Assembly (NCBI GenBank): GCA_946617595.1
Contig: CAMOKN010000017.1
Coordinates: forward strand, 1 to 45,710
Length of the DNA stretch: 45,710 nt
Origin: an uncultured Clostridia bacterium
GTDB taxonomy: Bacteria > Bacillota > Clostridia > Oscillospirales > Ruminococcaceae
Direction: 5' to 3'
Positions 29,043 through 39,389 of this stretch are shown here, in pieces. Numbering within the stretch: the stretch's first letter is position 1; each line of letters begins with the position of its first letter. A model generated the notes under the pieces. The model was not told the DNA's origin. It saw only the letters and a list, made by a program, of their open reading frames with translations, and made no database searches. A program made the translations under genes and the position numbers.

Positions 29043-32000
29043 ATGCCCGGCAGAAGAAACCGTATAGCGGTGTTCGTGGGACACGCTGACGAAAGCTATC
29101 AGAGCAGATTCATAAAAGGATTCCTGAAAAACGCATTCGGCTATGATATGGACGTGTGCGTATTTTCCATGTACCGCAAATATCAGGATAGTTCAGCACG
29201 CGAAAAGGGAGAATCAAACATTTTCTCACTTATGGAGCCCTCGATGTTTGACGGCGCTGTTATCCTTGAAGATACGATACAGACCGCCGACGCCGCTCAG
29301 GAACTTGAAGAAAGGCTTCATGAGTCCTTCGGAAAGCCCGTTCTTGTCATAGAAAAAGAAAGCAGATATTTTCACAGCATATTCACCGACTCTTCCCCTG
29401 CGGTAAAGGCTCTTGTCTCTCACCTGATAGAAGTCCACGGATACAAGGACATAGCATACCTTTCCGGAAAAGAGTGGCACGAACACTCAAAGCAGCGCCT
29501 TAATGCATACAGAGAGGCTATGGAAGAACACGGGCTTGAAGTACACGAAAACAGGATATTTTACGGCGATTTCTGGTACAAAAGCGGTGAACTCTGCGCC
29601 GATCATCTCGCAGCGGACAAAAACGGACTTCCGGAAGCTGTGGTCTGCGCGAATGATGCTATGGCAGTAGGACTCGGAAAGGCGTTTGCGGACAGAGGGA
29701 TAAAAGTGCCCGATGATGTCGCGATCGTCAGCTATGATTCCACAGATGAGGGTCAGACATCTCCGAGCACGATCACATCATCTCTTATCCCTGCCGAAGA
29801 ATTCGGAAACTATGCCGCCGACTTCATGCATGACAGCCTCATCGGCAAAGAAACACCTCCGTTTGAAGCTGAGCCCGGTCTTCTCATAGGCGAAAGCTGC
29901 GGCTGTAAGAAAACCAATATGCCCGATCTAAGCAAGAGAAGAGAAAAATGGGAAACAGAGATCTCGGAAGAAGGATTTGACTCCATCAATAATACAATGG
30001 CTGAAAATCTCATGTCACAGACAGATCTTACGGGATTCCTGAGCGCCGTATATTCATACGCATACCAGATAAAGGGAGCCGAAAGCTTTGATCTTTGTAT
30101 TGCAAACGTCTGGAAATATATGGACCGCGACTCAGACCTTTCTGTACCTAACAACGGCTATCCCTCAAAATTGATCCACGCCGTCGGATATAACAGCGAC
30201 CGCAAGGACGGAACAGTAGGACTTGAAAAAACATTTGACCGTTCGGAGCTTCTACCTCGTCTTTCAGACGAGAGGGAAACCCCGGCCGCATTCTTCTTTA
30301 CACCCGTATTCTGCGAAAAAATGTGCTTCGGGTACGCGGCGGTAAGCTATGGAAATGACCCGAGAAGCTATGATGACATATACCGCCGCTGGATAGGAGT
30401 TGTGTCAAGAGGACTCGAAGAACTCAGACGGTATCTTTCAGCCGAAGCGGTCCGCGAAAAGCTCGATAAAATGAAGAAAAGCAAATTCGCCGCTGCGGAT
30501 GCCGCTTATGAATCGCTGTCTGAGGAAGAAAAGTCTGATTATGAACTGGTAAAACAGATACTTGACAACAACCTGCTGACATATCATTTCCAACCCATAG
30601 TAAATACCATAGACGGCAGTATCTATTCTTATGAGGCGCTGATGCGCTCGAACACCGAAAAGCGGATCTCTCCTCTCTCGATAATAAAATACGCCGATAT
30701 GCAGAACCGGCTCGGCGATGTGGAGAAAGCGACATTCCTGAATGTTCTCAGCATCGTTTCAGACAGCAGAGATATTATCGGAAAAGCCAAAGTGTTCATA
30801 AACAGTATTCCCGGCATACGCATAACAGACAAGGATTTTGAACAGGTAGAGGAATATCTCGGAAAATTCTCCGAAACAGTTGTGGTTGAGCTTACCGAAG
30901 AAGCAGAACTTACGGACAGGGATCTTGAAAAGCTCAAAGGCTTTTACCACAGAATGGACGTTGAGATAGCTGTTGATGACTACGGCACCGGATATTCAAA
31001 TGTAAGCAATCTGCTGAGATATATGCCAAATTATGTCAAGATCGACAGGTCGCTGCTCAGCGAGATACAGAACAAGCCGCAGAAGCAGCATTTTGTGAGA
31101 GAAGTGATAAACTTCTGCCACGACAATAATATAATGGCACTTGCGGAGGGCGTTGAAACTTCAGAAGAACTGAGAACCGTCATACATCTCGGTGCCGATC
31201 TTATACAAGGCTATTACACTGCAAGACCGGCTCCTGAATTTATAGGTCAGATAGATGAAAAAATACGTGATGAGATAAGAACTTATCATCGCGAGCATAT
31301 AGAGGGAAATCCCGGAAAGATATATACCGCCGGAAAGACCAACAGAATACCGCTTGCAACGCTCGTCAAGGACGGCTTCACCGATATCATCGTGGGCAGA
31401 GGAACGATGGTATATAAAGATCTGACGATAGTAGGGACTCCCGGAGCCAGATCAGATGTCCATGTCCGCATCGAGCCGGGTTACAGCGGAAGGATAACCC
31501 TCGAAAATGCCTATTTTTCAAATGTGAAGAACCGCCCGTGTATAGAGCTCGGAGAAAACAGCGATGTGACTCTCGTTCTGGAGGGCGAAAATATCCTGCA
31601 TAAATCCGGTATCCGCGTGCCAGGATCTTCAAAGCTTACCGTCGAAGGCGAAGGCGACCTGAGAATAGATCTTAACGCACTGGAATATTACGGCATCGGC
31701 AATGATCCGGATTCTTCACACGGCGAGATCGTCTTCATGCAGGAAGGCGCGATAGAGATACACAGCAGCGGTGCAAGCGGTGTCTGCATAGGTTCAGGCA
31801 AAGGCGGTATCATACGTATGAACCGAGGTCAGTACTCCATAAATATAAGCAGTGTCACCGGCGTGTGCATAGGCTCTTTCTCCGGAGATACAGATACAGT
31901 TATATTCGGGTGCAACGTTTCGATCGAATTTTCTGCGACCGCCGGGATCGGCGTGGGCTCATTCAGCGGCAACAGCAGACTGAGTATCTCAAACAGTGCA

Positions 32001-32375
32001 TTCAGCATATACGGTGCCGGCAACAGCAGCGTAGGCGTTGGCACCATGAGCGGCGGGACCTCAGTGACAGAGATACGTGAATCAAGTCCGGTGATAAATA
32101 TAAATTCCGAGCGCAGCACCGGTGTCGGCTCACTTAACGGGAGAACGGAAATACGAACGACATCGGCAGTGCTGAAAATTGAAAATTCAGGTGAAAATTC
32201 GCTTGCTGTCGGCGGCTTTAACGATGATACCGTTATAACCATGACCAGTTCAGATATCCGGTGCAAGATACGAAATAAGCTTGGCAGATGTACATACGCA
32301 AAGAAAGAAAACATCACCATTGATAACGGCAGATTCAAGTCTGTCGTAAACGGTGATGTCAGTGAATTGTTTTAG
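29043..32375 (+). CDS. c-di-GMP phosphodiesterase: LacI-type ligand-binding, GAF-like, EAL and C-terminal beta-helix-like domains
   Basis: HLIEVHG, PEAVVCAND and GESCGC; FQPIV..YEALMR, FINS, VELTE, DDYGTGYS, KIDRS, AEGVET and QGYY; Gly/Ser-rich xGIG repeats. Confidence 0.9.
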   Translation: MPGRRNRIAVFVGHADESYQSRFIKGFLKNAFGYDMDVCVFSMYRKYQDSSAREKGESNIFSLMEPSMFDGAVILEDTIQTADAAQELEERLHESFGKPVLVIEKESRYFHSIFTDSSPAVKALVSHLIEVHGYKDIAYLSGKEWHEHSKQRLNAYREAMEEHGLEVHENRIFYGDFWYKSGELCADHLAADKNGLPEAVVCANDAMAVGLGKAFADRGIKVPDDVAIVSYDSTDEGQTSPSTITSSLIPAEEFGNYAADFMHDSLIGKETPPFEAEPGLLIGESCGCKKTNMPDLSKRREKWETEISEEGFDSINNTMAENLMSQTDLTGFLSAVYSYAYQIKGAESFDLCIANVWKYMDRDSDLSVPNNGYPSKLIHAVGYNSDRKDGTVGLEKTFDRSELLPRLSDERETPAAFFFTPVFCEKMCFGYAAVSYGNDPRSYDDIYRRWIGVVSRGLEELRRYLSAEAVREKLDKMKKSKFAAADAAYESLSEEEKSDYELVKQILDNNLLTYHFQPIVNTIDGSIYSYEALMRSNTEKRISPLSIIKYADMQNRLGDVEKATFLNVLSIVSDSRDIIGKAKVFINSIPGIRITDKDFEQVEEYLGKFSETVVVELTEEAELTDRDLEKLKGFYHRMDVEIAVDDYGTGYSNVSNLLRYMPNYVKIDRSLLSEIQNKPQKQHFVREVINFCHDNNIMALAEGVETSEELRTVIHLGADLIQGYYTARPAPEFIGQIDEKIRDEIRTYHREHIEGNPGKIYTAGKTNRIPLATLVKDGFTDIIVGRGTMVYKDLTIVGTPGARSDVHVRIEPGYSGRITLENAYFSNVKNRPCIELGENSDVTLVLEGENILHKSGIRVPGSSKLTVEGEGDLRIDLNALEYYGIGNDPDSSHGEIVFMQEGAIEIHSSGASGVCIGSGKGGIIRMNRGQYSINISSVTGVCIGSFSGDTDTVIFGCNVSIEFSATAGIGVGSFSGNSRLSISNSAFSIYGAGNSSVGVGTMSGGTSVTEIRESSPVININSERSTGVGSLNGRTEIRTTSAVLKIENSGENSLAVGGFNDDTVITMTSSDIRCKIRNKLGRCTYAKKENITIDNGRFKSVVNGDVSELF

Positions 32376-32384
32376 AGGTTCCCT
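32369..32384 (-). repeat. Solo family A terminal repeat overlapping the EAL stop codon
   Basis: GTTTTAGAGGTTCCCT reverse-complements to AGGGAACCTCTAAAAC, matching the element end at 41645. Confidence 0.6.
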
Positions 32385-32387
32385 TTA

Positions 32388-32555
32388 TTATTCTTTTCTT
32401 TCAATACTTGTTTTGGCGCACTGTGTACTTCCGCCGCATCTGCTGCAATTTCCGCAGCAGCTCTTTCCTTTTTTCCTTGAACGGATCATCATGAACACAG
32501 CGAATGCCACGACAGCGGCTATAAGTATCACGAGAATTATATCAACAAAATTCAT
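32388..32555 (-). CDS. FeoB-associated Cys-rich membrane protein
   Basis: MNFVDIILVILIAAVVAFAV..SCCGNCSRC; overlaps the feoB stop codon. Confidence 0.88.
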   Translation of the reverse strand: MNFVDIILVILIAAVVAFAVFMMIRSRKKGKSCCGNCSRCGGSTQCAKTSIERKE

Positions 32556-34903
32556 CACGTCACCCCCGCAAGAAGGCATATCGCACGTACTATCATAGTC
32601 ACTATCCACGCCGCAGCGCACTGCCACAGCACGAGAATGACCGCCCACTTCACACCGAGCTCACGCTTTACCGCTGCTATAGCCGCAACACACGGGGTGT
32701 ATATCAGCGAGAATACCAGCATACAGATCACAGTAAGCAGCGTAAGTTCTCCTCCGACTCCGTTCACAAACAGCACGTCCATAGTCGAAACAACGCTTTC
32801 CTTCGCTATGAATCCGCATACCAGTGAAACGCCTATCCTCCAGTCACCGAGTCCTATCGGTGCCAGAACAGGTGCAACAAATCCGGCGGCAAGTGCAAGT
32901 ATGCTGTTTCCGGGATCTTCTGTCATATTGAAATGCAGATCGAATTTCTTGAGGAACCACACAACTATGGTCGCAATAAGTATTACAGTGAATGCACGCT
33001 GCAGGAAGTCCTTCGCTTTTTCCCAGAGCAGCTGCACCACATTGCGCGCTCCCGGCAGACGATAATTCGGAAGCTCCATTACAAACGGTACAGGCTCACC
33101 CCTGAAGAGAGTTCCCTTATACAGAAATGCGGCAAGAATACCGATAAGTATGCCCAGAATATAGACTGCGGTTATTATGAGCCAGCTGTGATGTGGGAAG
33201 AACGCGTTTACAAAGAACGAATATATCGGGAGCTTTGCGGAACAGCTCATGAACGGCGTAAGAAGTATCGTCATCTTCCTGTCCCGTTCGCTCGGCAGAG
33301 TGCGTGTAGCCATTACCGCAGGCACCGTACAGCCGAAGCCGATAAGCATCGGAACAATGCTTCTGCCGGAAAGCCCGATCTTGCGCAGTATCTTATCCAT
33401 AAAGAACGCAACACGCGCAATGTATCCGCTGTCCTCAAGCAGCGACAGAAAGAAGAACAAAGTGACTATTATCGGTATAAAGCTCAGTACGCTGCCTACT
33501 CCCTCAAATATGCCGTTTATTATGAGACCGTGTATCGTCTCGTTCACATCAGCTTTGGTCAGAGCTTCATCGACCAGACCGGTCAGAGCCGATATGCCGG
33601 ATTCGAGCAGCCCTTGAAGGAATGATCCTATAACATTGAACGTCAGGAAGAACACAAGTCCCATTATCAATATAAACGCAGGGATAGCTGTATATTTTCC
33701 GGTGAGTATCCTGTCTATTCTGGTGCTTCGGATATGTTCCTTGCTTTCGTGGGGTTTTGTAACTGTATCGCGACAGACTTTTCCGATGTACCGAAACCGC
33801 ATATCCGCGATCGCTGCGCTGCGGTCAAGACCGCGCTCGGTTTCCATCTGTCCGACGATATGTTCTATCATCTCTTCCTCGTTCTTATCGAGTCCGAGCT
33901 GAGAAATAATGAGATTATCTCCCTCAGCGACCTTTCCGGCGGCAAATCTGAGCGGGATCCCTGCCTTTTCGCAGTGATCCTCGATAAGGTGGCTTATCCC
34001 GTGCAGACAGCGGTGCACTGCTCCGCCGTTTGCCGACCTGTCACAGAGGTCGCGGTACAGCGGCTTTTCCTGATAGTACGCAACGTGGACAGCGTGCTCC
34101 ACAAGCTCATCGACGCCTTTGTTTTTAGCTGCGGAAATGGGCACCACCGGTACTCCGAGCATTTCCTCCATAGCATTAACATCAATGCTTCCGCCGTTCG
34201 AGGTCATCTCGTCCATCATATTCAGTGCGACTACCATAGGTATATTCATTTCGAGCAGCTGCATGGTCAGATAGAGATTTCTCTCGACGTTTGTGGCATC
34301 GACGATATTTATTATTGCATGAGGCTTTTCGTCCATTACGAAATTACGTGAAACTATTTCTTCGCTCGTGTATGGCGACATGGAATATATTCCGGGGAGA
34401 TCGGTTATCAGCGTATCGCTGTGACCCTTTATCACACCGTCCTTGCGGTCAACAGTAACTCCGGGAAAATTTCCTACGTGCTGCTTTGAACCGGTCAGGC
34501 GGTTGAAGAGAGTGGTCTTGCCGCTGTTCTGATTTCCCACGAGCGCAAACCTCATCACAGTTCCTTCCGGAAGCGGAGTGCCGCTGCCCTTAGGGTGAAA
34601 TTTTCCGCCCTCGCCAAGACCGGGGTGTTCTTTTTTCTTTTTTCCGGTCGGTACAGTTTTTTCGGATCCTTTTTTCTCAGCGGGAATAACATCTATCAGT
34701 TCAGCGTCTGCAAGTCTCAGCGTAAGCTCATAGCCGTGAAGCATGATATCTATGGGGTCGCCCATAGGTGCGTATTTAAGCACAGTTATCTCAGTGCCGG
34801 GAATTATACCCATATCAAGAAAATGCTGTCTGAGAGCGCCTTCTCCGCCGAGTTTTTCGACCCTGACAGTCTCGCCCGGTCTGGTTTCTTTAAGTGTTGA
34901 CAT
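32555..34903 (-). CDS. feoB: Ferrous iron transporter, FeoA-FeoB fusion
   Basis: FeoA motif FLDMGIIPG..APMGDP; GTPase motifs GNQNSGKT, NFPGVTV, DLPG and NMMD; gate motifs GFGCTVPA, PFMSCSAK and YTPCVA. Confidence 0.95.
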   Translation of the reverse strand: MSTLKETRPGETVRVEKLGGEGALRQHFLDMGIIPGTEITVLKYAPMGDPIDIMLHGYELTLRLADAELIDVIPAEKKGSEKTVPTGKKKKEHPGLGEGGKFHPKGSGTPLPEGTVMRFALVGNQNSGKTTLFNRLTGSKQHVGNFPGVTVDRKDGVIKGHSDTLITDLPGIYSMSPYTSEEIVSRNFVMDEKPHAIINIVDATNVERNLYLTMQLLEMNIPMVVALNMMDEMTSNGGSIDVNAMEEMLGVPVVPISAAKNKGVDELVEHAVHVAYYQEKPLYRDLCDRSANGGAVHRCLHGISHLIEDHCEKAGIPLRFAAGKVAEGDNLIISQLGLDKNEEEMIEHIVGQMETERGLDRSAAIADMRFRYIGKVCRDTVTKPHESKEHIRSTRIDRILTGKYTAIPAFILIMGLVFFLTFNVIGSFLQGLLESGISALTGLVDEALTKADVNETIHGLIINGIFEGVGSVLSFIPIIVTLFFFLSLLEDSGYIARVAFFMDKILRKIGLSGRSIVPMLIGFGCTVPAVMATRTLPSERDRKMTILLTPFMSCSAKLPIYSFFVNAFFPHHSWLIITAVYILGILIGILAAFLYKGTLFRGEPVPFVMELPNYRLPGARNVVQLLWEKAKDFLQRAFTVILIATIVVWFLKKFDLHFNMTEDPGNSILALAAGFVAPVLAPIGLGDWRIGVSLVCGFIAKESVVSTMDVLFVNGVGGELTLLTVICMLVFSLIYTPCVAAIAAVKRELGVKWAVILVLWQCAAAWIVTMIVRAICLLAGVT

Positions 34904-35014
34904 CGTTTCTCCGTTCTGTGCGGTTACACAAACTGTCCACGCACGAAAACGCGCGTGGACGTTCATAAAAGTATTCTGTTATGCTGTATCAAGCAATTAC
35001 TTTGCGCGGCAGCC

Positions 35015-36967
35015 TTATTGATTTATCCTGAACCTTGCGACCTGATCCTTGAGCATTCTTGACTGACCGGAAAGTTCCTGACACGAAGCTGCTGTCTCTT
35101 CCGCGGTAGCCGAATTCATCTGTACTACCTGGGAGATCTGTTCTATACCGTTGTTGATCTGGTTTATCGAATCCGTCTGCTCCCTGCTGGCGTCCGCTAT
35201 CATTACGATAAGCTCTGCAGTTTCGGCAGTGCGCTGTTTTACGAGCTTCATGGACTCGGCAGTCTCCGCCGCTATCTTCGATCCCTTATCCACCGCGCTT
35301 ATAGATGCCATAATGAGCGAAGTGGTACTCTTTGCGGCTTCAGCGCTCTTGTTCGCAAGATTTCTTACCTCGTCCGCAACGACTGCGAAGCCCTTTCCGG
35401 CATCTCCGGCGCGTGCAGCTTCTACTGCCGCGTTAAGCGCAAGTATATTGGTCTGGAATGAGATATCCTCGATAGTCTTGATGATCTTCTCTATCTCCTT
35501 TGAGGTGCTGCTGATCTCGCTCATTGCGCCGACCATATTTGTGATCGAGCTGTCCTGACGGTTTACTTCTTCTTCGGTCTGTTTTGATATCTCGCCGGCT
35601 CTTGCAGCATTCTGAGCTGTTGCAGCCACCTTTGCGGAAACCTCTGAGATAGTATCCGAGATCTCCTCGATCGCGGCAGCCTGCTTTGTGGTGCCGTCGG
35701 CAAGAGACTGTGATCCCTCAGCCATCTGGTCGGAACCCGACAGCACTTCGTCCGATGATTCGGACATCTTACCGAGCGTAATGCCGAGTTCTTTCTCTAT
35801 CCTGAGGATATTTTCTCTTATACTCTCGAATTCGCCGGGATATGAGCTTTCGGGATATGCTGTGAAATCACCGCCTGCCATTTTTTCAAGTATGCGGGAG
35901 ATGTCGGTGATACAGCCGCTCAGTTCCTGCTTTGAATTGCGCAGTTTATTCGCGAATGTTCCGATCTCATCGTCCCCGAATTTATATACAACGTCTGTAG
36001 TACTCATTTTTCCGCTTTCAAGCTCATTGGCGATCAAAGTTACCTGCTTTATGGGAGCGACAACCTTTTTACGTGTGAAAATAAGTATCAGCACGCCTGT
36101 TATCAGTATTGCCGCTATGCCGATGATGACCGAGATCAGAATTATCATTGAAAGCTTTGCATCGGCATCACTTGAATCGCTGCCCGCAAAGTACGCGCCG
36201 ACTACGTTATTGCTGTTGTCATACATCGGCTCATAAGAAACATAATACGGTTTTCCGACTATCGTTGCCTTTCCCTGATATGCATTTCTCTGGTTCAGAA
36301 CAGTTTTTTCTACATCTGACGACATTGTTGTTCCGACAAGTCTTGAATTGTTCGACGGGTCTGTTATCGTAGTGGCATATCTTGTGTTTCCCTTGAAGAT
36401 AGTCACATCGCAGTCTATCATATTTTTAAGGGAATCCAGCCAGTCTGTCGAACTCATGGAATAACCCACTACCAGAGCGCTGACAACGCCGTTTGCGGAC
36501 ACCTGTTCAGCGTGGACCGCGGCAAGAGTATCATCTATCAGCACCAGACCCTGATATTTTACATTTCCTTTTGCGACCTCCGAAAGATTTATGGACTGGA
36601 AAGGGTATGTAGAACTTTGGTAGATAACATTTCCTTTTACGTCACCGATCGCGCAGAAATAAGACTCCGGTGAAGAGAGGCTCTTCCACAGACCTTCAAA
36701 ATATGTTGAATCCCTGAAAGTCATTGCGCTTATAAAACTGGACTGATCCGACCAGTTTGTATAAACACTGTCAACTTCCTCGGTTTTCGCGCGTACTTCA
36801 TCTTCAAGCACTCTCATTCCGACGTTTGCACGTTCAATAAGTATTGAATCGTTATAATTTCCTACCATTGTCATGGAAAAGACAAGCACCACAGCTACCG
36901 TGACCGCAAGTGCAGCCACAGCGATAAGGATTATCTGAGCGCCGAGTCTCTTGAAAATATTATTCAT
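35015..36967 (-). CDS. Methyl-accepting chemotaxis protein (Cache-type sensor, HAMP)
   Basis: Two TM helices, [13 protein letters not shown] sensor region and [31 protein letters not shown]. Confidence 0.95.
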   Translation of the reverse strand: MNNIFKRLGAQIILIAVAALAVTVAVVLVFSMTMVGNYNDSILIERANVGMRVLEDEVRAKTEEVDSVYTNWSDQSSFISAMTFRDSTYFEGLWKSLSSPESYFCAIGDVKGNVIYQSSTYPFQSINLSEVAKGNVKYQGLVLIDDTLAAVHAEQVSANGVVSALVVGYSMSSTDWLDSLKNMIDCDVTIFKGNTRYATTITDPSNNSRLVGTTMSSDVEKTVLNQRNAYQGKATIVGKPYYVSYEPMYDNSNNVVGAYFAGSDSSDADAKLSMIILISVIIGIAAILITGVLILIFTRKKVVAPIKQVTLIANELESGKMSTTDVVYKFGDDEIGTFANKLRNSKQELSGCITDISRILEKMAGGDFTAYPESSYPGEFESIRENILRIEKELGITLGKMSESSDEVLSGSDQMAEGSQSLADGTTKQAAAIEEISDTISEVSAKVAATAQNAARAGEISKQTEEEVNRQDSSITNMVGAMSEISSTSKEIEKIIKTIEDISFQTNILALNAAVEAARAGDAGKGFAVVADEVRNLANKSAEAAKSTTSLIMASISAVDKGSKIAAETAESMKLVKQRTAETAELIVMIADASREQTDSINQINNGIEQISQVVQMNSATAEETAASCQELSGQSRMLKDQVARFRINQ

Positions 36968-37107
36968 TATCTGCCTCCGAACATATTCCTCTTACACATA
37001 ATTGCATTATAACATATTTTTCTCACAAAATCAAGTATAAAATTGTGTATTTTTACACCGGATTGCAGAACAATTCCGGATATTACAAATGCAGGGAGAT
37101 TTTCCGG

Positions 37108-37136
37108 TTGACTTATCCGCCGGACGGTGGTATAAT
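37108..37136 (+). promoter_or_regulatory. Sigma-A promoter
   Basis: TTGACT-N17-TATAAT with extended TG. Confidence 0.75.
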
Positions 37137-37168
37137 CAGATAAACAGCAAATTTCACTGGAGTATTAT

Positions 37169-37939
37169 ATGAAAAAGCGATTAGTCTCTCTTATACTGTG
37201 TATCGTTATTTTTGCGGCATTATCGTTCACATCTTCCGCCGTATCAGCCGTAAACGGGCTGAGTCTTTCAGAAGATACGATCTCCGCAGGTGATACGTTC
37301 ACACTTACGATATTTGTTCCGCCGGCTGACAGTGCAGACACTGCGAGTGTACGGGTCGATTTCGACAAGGACATCTTTGAGGTGACCGGGTGGGGACCCG
37401 AGATTCCGGGAGGTATCCCGAATCACGGAGAAGGATTTATTGCGCTTTCGGCATCAAACGCGCTGCGTATGATCGACCTTTCTGGCGGACTTTCAATGAC
37501 CGCTCAGCTGAGAGTAAAAGATACTGCGCCAAGCGGTATATACAGCTTTTATCTTACGTCTGCAAGCTTCTGTTATGTAACAGATGACGGCTGGGATTTT
37601 GAAGAACTCTGGGTGCCTGAATCCACATCGGTTGAGATGACGGTTTCCGGAACAGGCGCAGCAGGCACCGATGCCGCGGAAGATACTTCTGCCGGAACGG
37701 TATCCGGACCTGAGATCTCTGAGGAAACACAAACATCTTCCGGAACGCTGAGTGAGAGTCCGGCAGAGTCCGTGACCGCAGCAGAGACGACTTCCGCAGC
37801 CGCGCCCGTCAGTGCAGACACAACATCTGCTTCCGGCGGAAATAATACGGTTACGGTAATTATTATCGCCGCGTCAGCCGCAGCAGCTGCGGGACTCTGC
37901 TTTGCGGCAGTAAAGATCATAAAGAACAAGAAAAAGTGA
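37169..37939 (+). CDS. Secreted cohesin-like-domain protein with S/T/A linker and C-terminal TM anchor
   Basis: Signal peptide; AGDTFTLTI..VDFDKDIFEV..LRVKDTAPSGIYSF pattern typical of the cohesin fold; TM followed by KNKKK. Confidence 0.6.
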   Translation: MKKRLVSLILCIVIFAALSFTSSAVSAVNGLSLSEDTISAGDTFTLTIFVPPADSADTASVRVDFDKDIFEVTGWGPEIPGGIPNHGEGFIALSASNALRMIDLSGGLSMTAQLRVKDTAPSGIYSFYLTSASFCYVTDDGWDFEELWVPESTSVEMTVSGTGAAGTDAAEDTSAGTVSGPEISEETQTSSGTLSESPAESVTAAETTSAAAPVSADTTSASGGNNTVTVIIIAASAAAAAGLCFAAVKIIKNKKK

Positions 37940-37952
37940 TACGGAGGCAAAA

Positions 37953-39098
37953 ATGGAAATTGACAACGTCAAAAAAATAATTGACAGGGCAATAGAAAAG
38001 CACGCGGAAAACGGTGTTTCATTCATACTGACAAGGGACGGGAAGAAAGAATATTCCTACAGTGCAGGAAAAGCGGACATAGAGAACGGAAAGCAGTTTG
38101 ACGAAAAGACGATCTGCCGTGCGTTCTCATGCACAAAGATAGTTACCTCAACTGCGTGTATGATGCTTATGGAGCGCGGAAAACTCGATACAAGCTGGCC
38201 GCTGGAATGGTTCCTGCCGGGGTATGCAAACGCGTTTTACATACAGAACGGACGCTCGATAAGCAGTCCAAAGATAACCATACGCGATCTGCTGAATATG
38301 ACCTCCGGTATTGCATATCCCGGCGACTGGCATGAAGGCATCGAAGGAATGAACGGCGTATGGGGCGATCTTGAAAACAGCATACGATGCGGCAGATCCA
38401 TGACAACACAGCAGTTTGCGGAGGCTGCATCGAAAGTGCCGATAATGTTCGCGGCAGGGAGCGAGTGGATGTACGGCTCTTCGGCGGATATTCTCGGAGC
38501 GGTGATAGAGAAAGTCGCTGAAATGAGATTCTCAGATTTCCTGTCAGAAAATATCTTCAAGCCGCTGGGAATGGAAGATACAGCATTTTTTGTTCCGCCC
38601 GAAAAGCGCGACAGGCTTGCGGTATTATATGAAAATGCCGGAGAAAACCCGACCAGACCGAATTACATAAATCTCTGCATCTTTGACTATGATAAAGAGC
38701 CGTCGTTCCAGTCAGGCGGCGCGGGTTTGTTCTCCACTGCCGATGATTTTGCAAAGCTCGGTGCTGCTCTCTCAAACGGAGGCGGGGGAATAATTTCACG
38801 TCATGCAATAGATTTCATGCGTGAAAACGGGCTTAACGCCGAACAGCGAATGACCTTCAACTGGGATTCTACACGCGGATTCGGCTACGGAAACCTTGTG
38901 CGCTGTCTGGAAAACAGAAACGCCGCCGGACTGTTCGCAACCGAGGGTTCTTTCGGCTGGGACGGCTGGACAGGCACCTACCTGCTCTGCGACCCGGAAG
39001 AAAAGCTTTCGATAACAGTATTCGTTCAGCGCTGCGGCGCAGGCACGACCCAGCTTTCAAGAGATATTGTAAACTCGGTTTATGCATCACTCAACTGA
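37953..39098 (+). CDS. Serine hydrolase, beta-lactamase/family VIII esterase fold
   Basis: SxxK (SCTK), TIRDLLNMTSG, WMYG, IFKPLGMEDT, GGAGLFST and FGWDG motifs; no signal peptide. Confidence 0.9.
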   Translation: MEIDNVKKIIDRAIEKHAENGVSFILTRDGKKEYSYSAGKADIENGKQFDEKTICRAFSCTKIVTSTACMMLMERGKLDTSWPLEWFLPGYANAFYIQNGRSISSPKITIRDLLNMTSGIAYPGDWHEGIEGMNGVWGDLENSIRCGRSMTTQQFAEAASKVPIMFAAGSEWMYGSSADILGAVIEKVAEMRFSDFLSENIFKPLGMEDTAFFVPPEKRDRLAVLYENAGENPTRPNYINLCIFDYDKEPSFQSGGAGLFSTADDFAKLGAALSNGGGGIISRHAIDFMRENGLNAEQRMTFNWDSTRGFGYGNLVRCLENRNAAGLFATEGSFGWDGWTGTYLLCDPEEKLSITVFVQRCGAGTTQLSRDIVNSVYASLN

Positions 39099-39129
39099 GA
39101 TCGCTTTATATAGCGGTATTTCCCATAAT

Positions 39130-39163
39130 AAAGCACAGAGCATCATGACTGCTCTGTGCTTTT
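39130..39163 (+). terminator. Terminator, copy 1 of a duplicated pair
   Basis: AAAGCACAGAGCA-TCATGAC-TGCTCTGTGCTTTT. Confidence 0.8.
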
Positions 39164-39388
39164 AGTTTGTCAAAAAAGCAGTAATTTTATAATTTAACTG
39201 CGAAGCTATTCGCTTTTGCTTCTTTTCGCGTCCGAAAAGAAGCAGGGTTTGGGGTGTCTCCCCCATTGGGGGAGGTGAAGCTTTTGCAAAGCAAAAGCCG
39301 CAGAGGGGGATGACCGACAGACGCGCCCCAATCTAAAGCGCAGCGTTTTCTTGAAATTCTCAAGCGTAAGCGACTTCTTTGAAAGTCT
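39164..39388. mobile_element. Family D non-autonomous element between duplicated terminators
   Basis: Imperfect TIRs AGTTTGTCAAAAAAG and CTTCTTTGAAAGTCT. Internal blocks shared with 27327-27426, 42064-42220 and 45546-45710. Confidence 0.75.
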
Positions 39389-39389
39389 C

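Noticed and set aside
32388-34903. FeoA-FeoB fusion as a novelty
   Set aside because: Such fusions, with a downstream Cys-rich peptide, are already known in anaerobes.
37953-39098. Beta-lactam resistance gene
   Set aside because: No signal peptide, and the motifs fit cytoplasmic esterase-type serine hydrolases. Resistance cannot be claimed.
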